DNA of 61,945 nt, counting the filler. It is 10 parts of 10 records of this genome, joined end to end, with 100 filler letters (N's around TTAATTAATTAA, not from the genome) between each part and the next. Parts side by side here need not be neighbours in the genome. Positions count along the whole stretch, not along the records: positions 1 to 5,394 come from SRR31156797_93838; positions 5,495 to 11,598 come from SRR31156797_93852; 8 more parts are not named here. The stretch is one strand, 5' to 3'. This document shows, piece by piece, positions 1-10,285 of the stretch (position 1 is the first letter of the stretch; every line of letters begins with the position of its first letter). Under the pieces are notes generated by a model. It was not told the origin of the DNA, did no database searches, and was given only the letters and a program-made list of their open reading frames with translations. A program made the translations under genes and the position numbers.

Positions 1-1
1 C

Positions 2-187
2 CTTGAGCGGGCGGTCGAACTTGTGGATGACGATCCCATCATCGCCGAACACATGGGGGATGCTTACGCCAAAACAGGGGACAACGAAAAAGCTTTACAG
101 GCTTACCTTAAAGCAAAAAAACTCGGGCCGGATAACGAAGCAAAACTGGATGACAAAATTGAAAAAATCAAAGAGATCATTAAATAA
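2..187 (+). CDS. C-terminal fragment of a TPR protein (5' truncated at window edge)
   Basis: Frame 2 reads LERAVELVDDDPIIAEHMGDAYAKTGDNEKALQAYLKAKKLGP...IIK*, a TPR-repeat pattern; not in the ORF track. Confidence 0.75.
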   Translation, partial: LERAVELVDDDPIIAEHMGDAYAKTGDNEKALQAYLKAKKLGPDNEAKLDDKIEKIKEIIK

Positions 188-1004
188 TATCAAGAGGCGG
201 CCGGCTTTTCTCACGGCCGGCCTGTTACTCGCCCTTATAATATCCGCTTGCGCTCCCATCAAATCCGCGCCTGTTCAGTCCCAAAAAGAAGCGGAACTAC
301 TTGTCGATCGCCTTCGCCAAAAACAAAACCTTATAAGGACTTTTGCCGGTAAGGGGGCCATTACCTTCAACAACCCCGAGCGCAGGCATTATTTTGAAGC
401 AATGGTTCTGGCGGAAAGACCCGGCAGGCTGAGGCTCCAGGCTTTTGACGCCCTGGGCCGCCCTGCATTAACCTTAACCGTGAATGATGAAGAAATAAAT
501 TACCTGGATTACAGAGCCCCAAAATTATACAGAGGTAAGGCTACTGATGAAAACCTGAGCCGCGTCATGCCTCTCGGGCTCAATGTCTCGGAACTTATAA
601 CCCTGTTGGCCGGAGGACAGCCCTTATCCGCATTCGAACGCGCCTCCCTGGAAAAAACCACGGAACTGGGAAAAGATATTCTGTTGTTGAGCCTTCAAAG
701 GCCGGGCGGTCGATATATTGAGAAAATGTGGCTGGATAAGGATCTTAAAGTCAAAAGAATGATTGTTGATGAAAAGGGCGCGTCCGAGGCTTTCAAATTA
801 AAATATGACAAATATAATTTGGTCGACGAGCATTATGCCCCTTATCATATTCATGTTATGGAAACCGCAGGTAAAAACGAACTGACTATTAACTACGATG
901 AAGTTCGAATTAATGCGGATCTGCCTTCCTCGTCTTTTACCATTAAAGTTCCGCCCGGCATGACGCCCGAACCATTATCCGGGTTGACCGATGGGGGAGT
1001 ATAG
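150..1004 (+). CDS. Outer-membrane lipoprotein, LolB/DUF4292-like
   Basis: Basic N-region, hydrophobic stretch and lipobox (LIISA-C); LolA/B-like beta-rich body (RPGRLRLQAFDALG); follows a TPR gene; start at ATG 150 inferred. Confidence 0.65.
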   Translation: MTKLKKSKRSLNNIKRRPAFLTAGLLLALIISACAPIKSAPVQSQKEAELLVDRLRQKQNLIRTFAGKGAITFNNPERRHYFEAMVLAERPGRLRLQAFDALGRPALTLTVNDEEINYLDYRAPKLYRGKATDENLSRVMPLGLNVSELITLLAGGQPLSAFERASLEKTTELGKDILLLSLQRPGGRYIEKMWLDKDLKVKRMIVDEKGASEAFKLKYDKYNLVDEHYAPYHIHVMETAGKNELTINYDEVRINADLPSSSFTIKVPPGMTPEPLSGLTDGGV

Positions 1005-1443
1005 ATTCGCGGCGGACAGCATGCTAGGCCGCCTGGCCAAATGGCTGCGGCTGTCGGGATTTGACACTTATTACCTTAGGCAGGGACCCTTTAAACCTTT
1101 TGCCGAAAGGACCCTTGTCACACGCAGATCCGAAAAGCCGCATCAACCAATATTAAAAGGGTGGCCCGCAATTATCAGGCTTCGGGAAAATATTCCTGAA
1201 AAGCAGCTCAGGGAAGTTTTTCTGGCCGCCGGCATAACGAGGGCCGACATAAGGCCCTTGACCCGCTGCAGCGTATGCAACAATAATTTGGAAAACATTC
1301 CCAAGCGCGATGCAGCGGGCATGGTTCCGGATTATGTTTACGAAACCCAAACCTTTTTTAAAGTCTGTCCCGGATGCGCGCGCATTTACTGGCCCGGGAC
1401 CCACCAGGATCGCATGAACGCGGTTTTGGAAGGATTATTCTGA
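991..1443 (+). CDS. Mut7-C RNase domain protein (PIN-like plus Zn ribbon)
   Basis: FAADSMLGRLAKWLRLSGFDT N-terminus, RCSVCN...CPGCARIYWPGTH zinc ribbon. Confidence 0.9.
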   Translation: MGEYRFAADSMLGRLAKWLRLSGFDTYYLRQGPFKPFAERTLVTRRSEKPHQPILKGWPAIIRLRENIPEKQLREVFLAAGITRADIRPLTRCSVCNNNLENIPKRDAAGMVPDYVYETQTFFKVCPGCARIYWPGTHQDRMNAVLEGLF

Positions 1444-1458
1444 AATAAGGAGCGCAAA

Positions 1459-1989
1459 GTGGCCACAATGACCGCCCAGATGCTGATCGGGCAAGGGCAG
1501 CAGCATGGTGGAGGTTTTGAACCGACGCATTACGCATTTTTGTCGGAAAACGGGCGGGCCGCCTGGATTCTGAAGCCTGAAAACCAGGCCGAAACCGGGC
1601 AGGCCGGACCGGCGAAAAAAATCGTCTGGATACCGGCGGATGATAATATTCTCAATGACGGGCTTCTAATGGTCGCGGTTCATGTGGTTAAGGATAAAGG
1701 CGTCATCGCCGGGGCAAGAGGGTCCTTCCGCAATCCCGATCTGGCCGATTACCAGCTTTTACCCCAGGTACACCCGACCGCCCGCGAAAATCTGTATAAC
1801 ATGTGCAAGCGGCTCGATTACAGATTCAAGATCGTTCTGACCGTATTGAGCGGTTCCAGTTTGATGTCCGAACTTTCTGTTCTTGAGGATTACGCCCTGG
1901 ATGTTGACGTCTGCGTCACCAGGTATTCCAGGCGCTATTCGCACATGACCAATGAAACCATAATCAGGGGATCGCTGAATAATCTTTGA
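1459..1989 (+). CDS. Hypothetical protein
   Basis: 176-aa ORF, AAGGAG RBS before GTG, followed by a hairpin. Confidence 0.7.
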   Translation: MATMTAQMLIGQGQQHGGGFEPTHYAFLSENGRAAWILKPENQAETGQAGPAKKIVWIPADDNILNDGLLMVAVHVVKDKGVIAGARGSFRNPDLADYQLLPQVHPTARENLYNMCKRLDYRFKIVLTVLSGSSLMSELSVLEDYALDVDVCVTRYSRRYSHMTNETIIRGSLNNL

Positions 1990-1992
1990 GAA

Positions 1993-2022
1993 AATGCCGC
2001 GGAGGTCCGCCCCCGCGGCATT
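1993..2022. terminator. Hairpin between convergent genes (probable bidirectional terminator)
   Basis: AATGCCGCGG...CCGCGGCATT 10-bp inverted repeat. Confidence 0.6.
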
Positions 2023-2042
2023 ATGCTATAAAGGCAGGACGT

Positions 2043-2459
2043 TTAGAACGCCCGCTTTTCTCTTTTCTGGGCTATCTTTTTAAAAAGCCGCGGAATGTCG
2101 GCCATCAGTCCTTCGGACAACCCGGCCGCTTTTGTATAAAATTCACTAATCGTGTCTTCTAGCTTTCCCGCTTTTTCCTTTATTTCGTCGACATCTGCCG
2201 AATCGGACAACTCCACATCCAGGGGATAATGGTCTGAATCCAAACCCTCGAAACAATAGTTGGATTCCAATGTGTCCGTAATAATGCCGAAGTAGGTCTG
2301 CTTGACCTGCTTGGCGAACTTGCGGTTTTCCTTGGCCCTGGCCGTCAGTTCGGCCTTGATTTCCGGGAATTTCTCCGCGGCGGCCTCGAAAAAGTCCGCC
2401 GAATCATTTTCTATCCGCGTGACAAAGGTCATTACCGCGGACATAGTGTTAAGCAACAT
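2043..2459 (-). CDS. Small ferritin/rubrerythrin-like helical protein
   Basis: ATG overlaps the upstream TAA (TAATG); repeated helical E..S..FY/FF pattern (IENDSADFFE, LEDTISEFYT). Confidence 0.6.
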   Translation of the reverse strand: MLLNTMSAVMTFVTRIENDSADFFEAAAEKFPEIKAELTARAKENRKFAKQVKQTYFGIITDTLESNYCFEGLDSDHYPLDVELSDSADVDEIKEKAGKLEDTISEFYTKAAGLSEGLMADIPRLFKKIAQKREKRAF

Positions 2460-3925
2460 TAGAACCACCTGGTTATTAATATTTTCGGTTCGACAAAGAA
2501 CCGGATAACGTCACGGCCCTGGCCGTGCACGACTCCGAAAAAGGAATCCTTGCGACCGCCAAAGGGGAAGAAGGACATTGGCGCGACTATGCCGATGTTA
2601 ACCCCGACATTGCCGGCCACGACCTGGTGCTGGAACTGACGCGCCGATTTTCCGCTGGATGTAAATATGGACGCCGCGTTGCCGAAAGGATTGCTGTGAA
2701 TGATATCAATAGCGTCATCCAGGCTGCCGGCTCTCATGATGGAAGCCACGGGGCCGAATATTTCTTCCTGGGCGATGGTCATGTCCGGGTCGACATTTTC
2801 AAATACGGACGGGCTGAGAAAGCAGTCTTCGGGAAGCTCGCGGTTGAAGTTTAACAACTCGCGGCCGTCCAGAGTCAGTTTTGCGCCTTCGGCCAGGCCT
2901 TTTTCAATATAACCGACGACCCTGTCCTTGGATGCGGCGTTCTGGAGCGGGCCCATCTGAACTGTTTCATCCAGCCCGTCCCCGACTGTTATGTTTTTGG
3001 CCGCGGCTACGAATTGTTCAACGAACTTGTTGTGAAAAGCGTCGTCTCCGACAACTATGATGTTTGCCGCCGCCAGGCAGCGTTGTCCGGCATTGCCGAA
3101 AAAGGATGCGACCAGGCTGACCATGGACTGGTCCAAAGGCGCGTCCGGCATGATGACCACGAAATTTTTTGCCCCGCCCTGGGCGATGCATCTCTTGCCG
3201 TTCTTGCCGCAACGTTCATAAACCGTTTTGGCCACCGGGGTCGAACCAACAAAGGTCACGCCCTGCATGGCCGGGTGATCCATGACCGCATTGGCCGCGT
3301 CCGTTCCGCCGTTCACCAGGTTGACCACTCCGGGGGGCAGCCCTGCGTCGTCAAAAATCTTGAAAAGTTCAGCCTGGCTCATGGGCGTCCTCGGGGAAGA
3401 CTTGACCACGAAGGTGTTGCCCGTGGCAATGGCAAAAGGCAGGAACCAAAGCGGAACCATGAACGGGAAGTTAAAAGGCGCTATGCAGCTGAAAACGCCC
3501 ATCGGCTGGTTGATGGCGTATTCATCTATGCCCATGGCAATATCTTCCAGGTTGTAACCCATCATCAGGGAAGGAATGCCCGAAGCCACTTCCAACATCT
3601 CGATGCCCCGCCTGGTTTCCCCGCGGGACTCGTCAATTGTCTTGCCGTGTTCAACTGTCTGCACCCGGGCCAGTTCGTCGAAGTTTTCTTCCATCAGCTC
3701 GATCATGCGGTACAGATAACGGGACCGGGAAACCGGGGGCGTATTTCTCCAGTCCGGAAAAGCCGCTGCCGCCGCTTCAATGGCCGCGTTCGTTTCATCA
3801 GTCGTGGACATTGGAACCTGGCCGATTACTTCCCCCCTGGACGGGTTGATCAGGTCGTGAACTTCGGATGAATTTGAATCCACCCATTCGCCGTCAATAT
3901 AGTTCTGTAATTTGGGAACCGACAT
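2459..3925 (-). CDS. mmsA: CoA-acylating (methyl)malonate-semialdehyde dehydrogenase
   Basis: ALDH fold with PFNFPFMVP, FVGSTPVA, GGAKNF, GNAGQRCLA, EEIFGPV, FFPFGGRKDSFFG typical of MmsA/IolA. Confidence 0.9.
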   Translation of the reverse strand: MSVPKLQNYIDGEWVDSNSSEVHDLINPSRGEVIGQVPMSTTDETNAAIEAAAAAFPDWRNTPPVSRSRYLYRMIELMEENFDELARVQTVEHGKTIDESRGETRRGIEMLEVASGIPSLMMGYNLEDIAMGIDEYAINQPMGVFSCIAPFNFPFMVPLWFLPFAIATGNTFVVKSSPRTPMSQAELFKIFDDAGLPPGVVNLVNGGTDAANAVMDHPAMQGVTFVGSTPVAKTVYERCGKNGKRCIAQGGAKNFVVIMPDAPLDQSMVSLVASFFGNAGQRCLAAANIIVVGDDAFHNKFVEQFVAAAKNITVGDGLDETVQMGPLQNAASKDRVVGYIEKGLAEGAKLTLDGRELLNFNRELPEDCFLSPSVFENVDPDMTIAQEEIFGPVASIMRAGSLDDAIDIIHSNPFGNAASIFTSSGKSARQFQHQVVAGNVGVNIGIVAPMSFFPFGGRKDSFFGVVHGQGRDVIRFFVEPKILITRWF

Positions 3926-4023
3926 TTATAAAGCCTCCTAATAAGTTTTAATATTTTCAGCCGCCAATCCCGGCGGCCTTGTCATCAAATAACGGGCCGG
4001 CTTGCCCGGCGCCGTCTCATTTA

Positions 4024-5352
4024 TCAGCCTATTTGGGAATCAGTGTAATCCAGCACCTTGTCGATTACGCCTAATCCCTCCATCAACTCTTCTTCGCTTA
4101 TCACCAGGGGCGGAACCACAAATATCCAGTTCCAGCGCACAAATGTGTACACGCCGCCCTCAAGCAGCCTCTTGTTGATTTCCTTGGTTATAGCCAGGTC
4201 CGGGCCTGTTGCGTTCCAGGGGACCAGGGCCTCCCTTGTTTCACGGTCCTTGACCAACTCTATTATGGTAAAAAGGCCCAGCCCGCGCACGTCCCCGACC
4301 GACGGATGCTTTTCCTTAAGCCCTTCAAGCTCCTTCATCAGGGTTTGCCCCAGGTTCTGAGCCCGCTCGATAAGGTTTTCTTCATGATAAACCTTCAACG
4401 TGGCCACGCCGGCCGCGCAGCAAAGCGGATGAGCGTTATAAGTCAAGCCGCCCCAGAGCATGTTGTCCTGAAAATAATCGGAAATTTTCTTGTTAACCGC
4501 CACCGCGCCCAGGGGCAGGTACCCTGAAGTCAATCCCTTGGCCATGGTCATCATGTCCGGAACCACATCCCAGTTGTCAACCGCGAACCATTTGCCCGTT
4601 CTGCCGAAACCGGACATAACCTCGTCGCTCACCAACAGGATGTTATACTTGTCGCAAATCTCCCGGAGCATGGGCATGTACTCGGGAGGCGGTATGAAAA
4701 TGCCGTTGGATCCGACAACTCCCTCTACAAAAATTGCCGCCACCGTGTCCGGGTTTTCATATTGAATAACTTCCTCCACATGTTTGGCGCACTGGATTCC
4801 GCATCCCGGATACGTCTGGCCGAACGGACACCGATAACAATAAGGGTCCAGAAGCTTTAAAACGCCGGGAAGGGCCGGTTCCACAGGAGGGCGCCTGGGA
4901 TCGCCGGTTAAAGTTATGGCCCCGTAGCTGGCGCCGTGATATGAACGGTAACGTGAGAAAACCTTGAACTTGCCGGTATACATTCTGGCCATCTTGATCG
5001 CGTTTTCATTGGATTCAGCGCCGCCCAGAGTAAAGAAAAAATGATTGAGATCGCCCGGCGTTACGTCCTTTAAGGCATCCACAAGCTCGGACCGGGTTCT
5101 GTAACTCATGCCCGGTGCGCAAAAACATACGTCCGCGGCCTGGTCCTGGATAGCCTTGACCACCTTGGGATGCTGATGGCCGGTATTCAGGTTCATGAGC
5201 TGTGATGAAAAATCCAGGTAACGCTTATTGTTCGCATCAAAAAAACATGCCCCTTCCGCATGATCGAACACGATCGGATCAAGCGCTCCCTGAACCGACC
5301 ATGAATGAAGATGATACGTCTTGTCCAATCGTTTTATCTCATTAGCATCCAT
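4024..5352 (-). CDS. Class III PLP aminotransferase (beta-alanine/taurine:pyruvate type)
   Basis: YLDFSSQL, GAESNENAIK, SYHG, DEVMSGFGRTG, MAKGLTSGYLPLG; GGAG RBS. Confidence 0.9.
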   Translation of the reverse strand: MDANEIKRLDKTYHLHSWSVQGALDPIVFDHAEGACFFDANNKRYLDFSSQLMNLNTGHQHPKVVKAIQDQAADVCFCAPGMSYRTRSELVDALKDVTPGDLNHFFFTLGGAESNENAIKMARMYTGKFKVFSRYRSYHGASYGAITLTGDPRRPPVEPALPGVLKLLDPYCYRCPFGQTYPGCGIQCAKHVEEVIQYENPDTVAAIFVEGVVGSNGIFIPPPEYMPMLREICDKYNILLVSDEVMSGFGRTGKWFAVDNWDVVPDMMTMAKGLTSGYLPLGAVAVNKKISDYFQDNMLWGGLTYNAHPLCCAAGVATLKVYHEENLIERAQNLGQTLMKELEGLKEKHPSVGDVRGLGLFTIIELVKDRETREALVPWNATGPDLAITKEINKRLLEGGVYTFVRWNWIFVVPPLVISEEELMEGLGVIDKVLDYTDSQIG

Positions 5353-5394
5353 ATCTCTCTCCTTGGGCTGGTGTGTTGAATAAAACAGTAAAAT

Positions 5395-5494
5395 NNNNNN
5401 NNNNNNNNNNNNNNNNNNNNNNNNNNNNNNNNNNNNNNTTAATTAATTAANNNNNNNNNNNNNNNNNNNNNNNNNNNNNNNNNNNNNNNNNNNN
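5395..5494. other. Artificial contig spacer
   Basis: N44-TTAATTAATTAA-N44, with stops in all six frames. Confidence 0.98.
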
Positions 5495-5561
5495 ATTAAG
5501 TATAAAGATGATTTACAGCTTGCTAAAAAAAGTCTTATGTCTTTCGTCTTTATACTTTTAT

Positions 5562-6893
5562 CTACTTAGAAATAAACTTCCACACCGGGCTACAAACAGA
5601 AGCATAAACTTCTTTTGCAAAGTTGAGCATACCGATATATCCGGCTAATGCTTCTTTACGCTCATGGTTGTGGTCGCAAAATCCTAAACCAAGTTTATAG
5701 GCTATTGGACGTTCTTTAACTCCACCTATAAATAGGTCTGCACCTGTTTTCTTAACAAAGTCTGATAATTCATTTGGATTGGAATCATCCACGATTACTG
5801 TTCCTTTGTCGCAAAGTTTACTCAACAAGTTGTAGTCATCTTTATTTCCTGTTTGAGATCCTACAACAACTGTCTGCATTCCTAATAAGCGAAGCGCTTT
5901 TACTAAGCTGATAGCTTTAAAGGCACCGCCCACATATATGGCCGCTTTTTTACCTTCCAGCTTTTCGCGATAGGGTTGAAGTGCAGGCATTAACTTTCCT
6001 AGTTCTTCAGAAACTAAAGCTCTCGCATTAGCCATTAACTCCGGATCGTTAAAGTGAGAAGCAACTTCGTAAAGTGCATCCGACATGTCTTCAATACCAA
6101 AGTAGGATACCTTTTTAAATGGTATTCCGTATTGTTCTTTCATTGAACGGGCCACGTGCATCATACTTCCAGAGCATTGTACCACATTCAGTGAGGCTTT
6201 ATGAGATCTGCGTACCTGTTCAATACGTCCGTCACCTGTTAAGCAGGCAATAATCTCTACGCCAATTTTTTTGTAATATTCAGATAAAATCCAAAGCTCA
6301 CCCGCCAGGTTAAAATCACCTAAAATGTTAATGCTATACTTAGGTGGAACATATTCATCGTCTGTTCCTACAATAGTCATTAAAGCATCACAAGCCGCTT
6401 TGTATCCATCTTTTTTAGTTCCTTTAAAGCCTTCGCTCATTACAGGTATTACATCTACACCTGTTTCTTTTGTCAGCTGTCGGCAAACAGCTTCTACATC
6501 GTCCCCAATAACGCCTACGATACATGTACTGTATACAAATACTCCTTTCGGTTTGTACGATTCAATTAATTCGGTAAGGGCGCTATATAATTTTTTTTCT
6601 CCTCCAAAAACCACATCCTTCTCTCGTAAGTCAGTAGAAAAGCTTAAACGGTGTAACTGAGGTCCTGATGACATTGCTCCTCTGATATCCCATGTATAGG
6701 CGGCACAGCCTATGGGTCCATGTACAATATGCAGCGCATCAGCAATAGGGTAAAGCACTACCCTTGAACCACAAAAAACACAAGCTCTTTGACTTACAGA
6801 TCCTGCAACAGACTTTTTGTCGCAAGCTAATTCATGTTGGTCTTCGCCTATGGTAACAATCTGGGGTGTTCTATCTTTTATAAATTTTGACAT
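5562..6893 (-). CDS. nifE: Nitrogenase FeMo-cofactor scaffold NifE
   Basis: SQRACVFCGSR, HGPIGCAAYTW, YSTCIVGVIGDD, VQCSGS; downstream of nifK. Confidence 0.93.
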   Translation of the reverse strand: MSKFIKDRTPQIVTIGEDQHELACDKKSVAGSVSQRACVFCGSRVVLYPIADALHIVHGPIGCAAYTWDIRGAMSSGPQLHRLSFSTDLREKDVVFGGEKKLYSALTELIESYKPKGVFVYSTCIVGVIGDDVEAVCRQLTKETGVDVIPVMSEGFKGTKKDGYKAACDALMTIVGTDDEYVPPKYSINILGDFNLAGELWILSEYYKKIGVEIIACLTGDGRIEQVRRSHKASLNVVQCSGSMMHVARSMKEQYGIPFKKVSYFGIEDMSDALYEVASHFNDPELMANARALVSEELGKLMPALQPYREKLEGKKAAIYVGGAFKAISLVKALRLLGMQTVVVGSQTGNKDDYNLLSKLCDKGTVIVDDSNPNELSDFVKKTGADLFIGGVKERPIAYKLGLGFCDHNHERKEALAGYIGMLNFAKEVYASVCSPVWKFISK

Positions 6894-7142
6894 AATATAT
6901 TCGATTTAATAGAAAGATTATTTCATTAGACTTTTAGACCTTGATAAGAAAGAATTGACCAGTGTTCGTCAATTGTCTTATCTCGAAATCTTTTTTAAAA
7001 TAGAGTAAGTAAAAGACCGGCGGGGTAACTTAAAATTTAAATATTTATACCACCTATTATTTAGAATCTCCGGCGTTCCGAAGCAAAAATCACCCCGCTA
7101 GTCTTAACCTCTGGCAAACACAAAATCTTATATAGAATTTTC

Positions 7143-7197
7143 GACAATTAGATAAAAGATAAGAGACTTGAATCTCAGGTCTCTTATCTAATTTGTC
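7143..7197 (-). terminator. Hairpin immediately downstream of nifK
   Basis: GATAAGAGAC...GTCTCTTATC core with an extended GACAATTAGATA/TATCTAATTTGTC stem. Confidence 0.6.
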
Positions 7198-7205
7198 TTT
7201 TTCTA

Positions 7206-8588
7206 TTACATAACAAGTTCTACTTTTTCTTCTGGAGCATTCTCGTCTTGATATTGCATCAATAGATCTAATATCTTTTCAAGAATTCTGATACCACCCA
7301 TATAACCTAAAGTTGGGAAGTAAGAGTGTCCAACACGGTCAACGATTGGGAATCCCATTCTTAAGAAAGGAATCTTCTCGTCAAGAGCGATATACTTACC
7401 GTAAGTATTACCGATTAATAAATCAACTCCTTCTTGCTTAATCCATTGGTGTAACTGGAACATATCAGCGTTAGCACCATTTTTGAATTTCACCTGGTCA
7501 ATTTTGTCTCCGAATACAGCTTTCATCTTCTTATCAAAACTTTTTCCTGGAGTACCCGATACTACGTATGCAGGAACCATATCAAGATCTAACAAGAATT
7601 CACACATTGGAATTAATTGATCAGGATCTCCGAATAAAGCAACTCTTTTTCCGTAGAAATATTGGTGCATATCAGTAATCATATCAACCAAACGACCTCT
7701 TTCTCTTGTGATTTCTTCAGGTACAGATACTTTACCAGCTTGAGATAAAGACATGATAAAACGGTCAGTTGCTTTAACTCCAATTGGAAGATCAATTAGA
7801 TCGAAAGGAACTTTACAGTTGTTATCTAATGCTACAGCTGCTCCTTTAGTACCCCACTCACCAAGTGCTACAGTTTTCATACTGTCGCCCATGCTTACTA
7901 GCTCAGGAATAGTAGTACCACCTTTTGGATACATTTCGAATTTACCGGTCATTGGTGCATCCAAAACATCAGAAGTGTCAGGAACCAATACTGTTTTAAT
8001 ACCCATTGATCCAGTAATTCTTTTTAGCTCACGCATATCAGAAGGCTCAACCCAACCTGCAAGAAGGTTAATTTGACGTTTAGCCTCGTCAGTTTTCATT
8101 GGGAAGTATTTAACAATAGCTTCCAACATATTGTGATATCCAGTTACATGAGATCCAACGTAACTTGGAGTTGCAGCTTGAATTACATGCTTTCCTTCTG
8201 GAATTTTACCATCACCATTTGCTTTTGCAACAATCTGACCAAGGTCATCACCAATTGTTTCAGATAAACATGTTGAGTGTACTGCAATGATTTCTGGATC
8301 GTACACCTGGAAAATGGTAGTAATCGCTTGTAATAAGTTAGCTTGTCCACCGAATACTGAAGAACCTTCAGTAAATGAAGAAGTGGCAGCCATTACAGGC
8401 TCTTTATAGTGACGGGTTAAAGCCGATCTGTGATAAGAACAACACCCTTGTGATCCGTGACTGTGAGGTAAACATCCGTGAATACCAAGTGCAGCGTACA
8501 TCGCACCAACTGGCTGACATGTTTTAGCCGGATTTATGGTTAGTGCTTTTCTATCTATTTCTTTTTCTGTTGTATGTCTTAATAACAT
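7206..8588 (-). CDS. nifK: Nitrogenase MoFe protein beta chain
   Basis: INPAKTCQPVGA, HGSQGCCSY, STCLSETIGDD (P-cluster cysteines), TPSYVGSH. Confidence 0.97.
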   Translation of the reverse strand: MLLRHTTEKEIDRKALTINPAKTCQPVGAMYAALGIHGCLPHSHGSQGCCSYHRSALTRHYKEPVMAATSSFTEGSSVFGGQANLLQAITTIFQVYDPEIIAVHSTCLSETIGDDLGQIVAKANGDGKIPEGKHVIQAATPSYVGSHVTGYHNMLEAIVKYFPMKTDEAKRQINLLAGWVEPSDMRELKRITGSMGIKTVLVPDTSDVLDAPMTGKFEMYPKGGTTIPELVSMGDSMKTVALGEWGTKGAAVALDNNCKVPFDLIDLPIGVKATDRFIMSLSQAGKVSVPEEITRERGRLVDMITDMHQYFYGKRVALFGDPDQLIPMCEFLLDLDMVPAYVVSGTPGKSFDKKMKAVFGDKIDQVKFKNGANADMFQLHQWIKQEGVDLLIGNTYGKYIALDEKIPFLRMGFPIVDRVGHSYFPTLGYMGGIRILEKILDLLMQYQDENAPEEKVELVM

Positions 8589-8605
8589 AGTAAATTCCTC
8601 CTAAA

Positions 8606-10246
8606 TTAAGCGTTAATAGTCATGCTACCTACAATCTCAGGCTCTGATTTCCAAGGAGTATCAATTAACTTCCAAACATCAGTAACCAACATGCGTTCCA
8701 TTTCCTTAAAGAAATTGATAGCTCCGCCGAATGCAGTGTAAGGACCACCGTAATCGTAACTGTGAAGCTGCTTCAATGGTACTCCGGACTTTTGAACTAC
8801 ATACTTCTCTTTAATACCAGCACAGAAGATATCTGGCTTGTAGAACTCGATTAATTTCTCAGTTTCGTAGTGAGAGATATCATCGATAACAAGAGAGTTT
8901 TTAACCATATCAGGCATCATACCTTCGTAGTCGCTAAACTCATATCCTTTAGCTTCTAACGCAGCTTTCTTAGCAACTAAGTCTTCGCGCCATAATTCAG
9001 GATTTTCTGTTTTAGTAACAGTAATTTCTTCGATGTTACGAGTATCCGCATCAATCTTAATGTTAGGAATTACTTTACGTCCTTCGTAATCATCACGGTG
9101 AGCAAACTCATAACCTGCAGAAACAGTTGTCATTCCAAGCTCTTTGAAAAGCTCCTGGTAGTGGTGAGCACGAGATCCACCAACGAACATCATAGCTAAT
9201 TTTCCTTCTGTTTTTGGCTTGATAGAATCCATTACAGCTTGTACTTTAGCAGTCTCACGAGCAATTACTTCCTCAATTTTAGCTGTTAATTCAGCATCGT
9301 CGAAGAATTCAGCAATTTTACGAAGCGTTTTAGCAGAAGCTTCAGCTCCAATAAAGTTTGCTTTGATCCATGGAATACCGTATTTCTCTTCCATCATCTC
9401 TGCGATGTAGTTGATAGAACGGTGACACATAACAATGTTTAAATCAACTGTATGTGCATATTCCATACTTTGTATAGTTGAGTTACCTGAGAAAGTTGAA
9501 ACTAATTCGATTCCTACTTCTTCAAATATTGCTTCTAATTCAAAAGCATCACCACCAATGTTGTACTCACCTAATAAGTTTAATTGGAACTTAGTTTTGC
9601 GAGGACGGTCATTTAAACCAACAACGTTTTTAAATACCTGGTTGTTAGCAATGTGGTGACCAGCAGACTGAGATACACCGCGGTAACCTTCACAAGAGAA
9701 ACCAAAGATGTTAATTCCCAATTCTTCTTTCATTTCGCGAGATACAGCGTGAACATCATCACCAATCAAACCTACCGGACAAGTAGAGAAAACTCCAATT
9801 GCTTTAGGGCCGAATAGTTCATAAGCTTCACGAATAGCTTGCTTTAATTTTACTTCTCCACCAAATACGATGTTTTCATCTTGCATATCTGTAGAGAAAG
9901 CATACATCATGTAGTTTTCATCAGTTAAATTTTCTGGTTTAGTTTGGTTACGACGAGTTAACCAAGCGTAAAAACTACATCCGATAGGACCGTGTACTAA
10001 GTTGATGATATCTCTTGTAGGTCCTAATACTACCCCTTTACAACCTGCATAAGTACAACCTCTTTGAGTAATAATTCCAGGTACTGTACGAACGTTTGCT
10101 TGAACTTCCTGATCTACTTCAGGGTCATTAGCAACCATTGCTTTTGCACGTTTTTTACCTACTTTGCGGGGATATTTTTTAACGATTTCCTCTACCAACG
10201 GAGTTGGATCAGGTAATCCTGCTGAAAAATCTTTCTTTTTAACCAT
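8606..10246 (-). CDS. nifD: Nitrogenase MoFe protein alpha chain (group II type, with internal insertion)
   Basis: RGCTYAGC, HGPIGC, STCPVG, GVSQSAGHHIAN, MCHRS (FeMoco Cys), GGSRAHH, YEFAHRDDY, LHSYDY (FeMoco His). Confidence 0.97.
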   Translation of the reverse strand: MVKKKDFSAGLPDPTPLVEEIVKKYPRKVGKKRAKAMVANDPEVDQEVQANVRTVPGIITQRGCTYAGCKGVVLGPTRDIINLVHGPIGCSFYAWLTRRNQTKPENLTDENYMMYAFSTDMQDENIVFGGEVKLKQAIREAYELFGPKAIGVFSTCPVGLIGDDVHAVSREMKEELGINIFGFSCEGYRGVSQSAGHHIANNQVFKNVVGLNDRPRKTKFQLNLLGEYNIGGDAFELEAIFEEVGIELVSTFSGNSTIQSMEYAHTVDLNIVMCHRSINYIAEMMEEKYGIPWIKANFIGAEASAKTLRKIAEFFDDAELTAKIEEVIARETAKVQAVMDSIKPKTEGKLAMMFVGGSRAHHYQELFKELGMTTVSAGYEFAHRDDYEGRKVIPNIKIDADTRNIEEITVTKTENPELWREDLVAKKAALEAKGYEFSDYEGMMPDMVKNSLVIDDISHYETEKLIEFYKPDIFCAGIKEKYVVQKSGVPLKQLHSYDYGGPYTAFGGAINFFKEMERMLVTDVWKLIDTPWKSEPEIVGSMTINA

Positions 10247-10285
10247 TTGTTTTGTTTTTAAATGTTGTAAAAACTAAAGTGTTTA

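Noticed and set aside
3-149. N-terminal extension of the 333-aa ORF
   Set aside because: Overlaps the TPR gene tail in another frame; the lipoprotein signal begins later.
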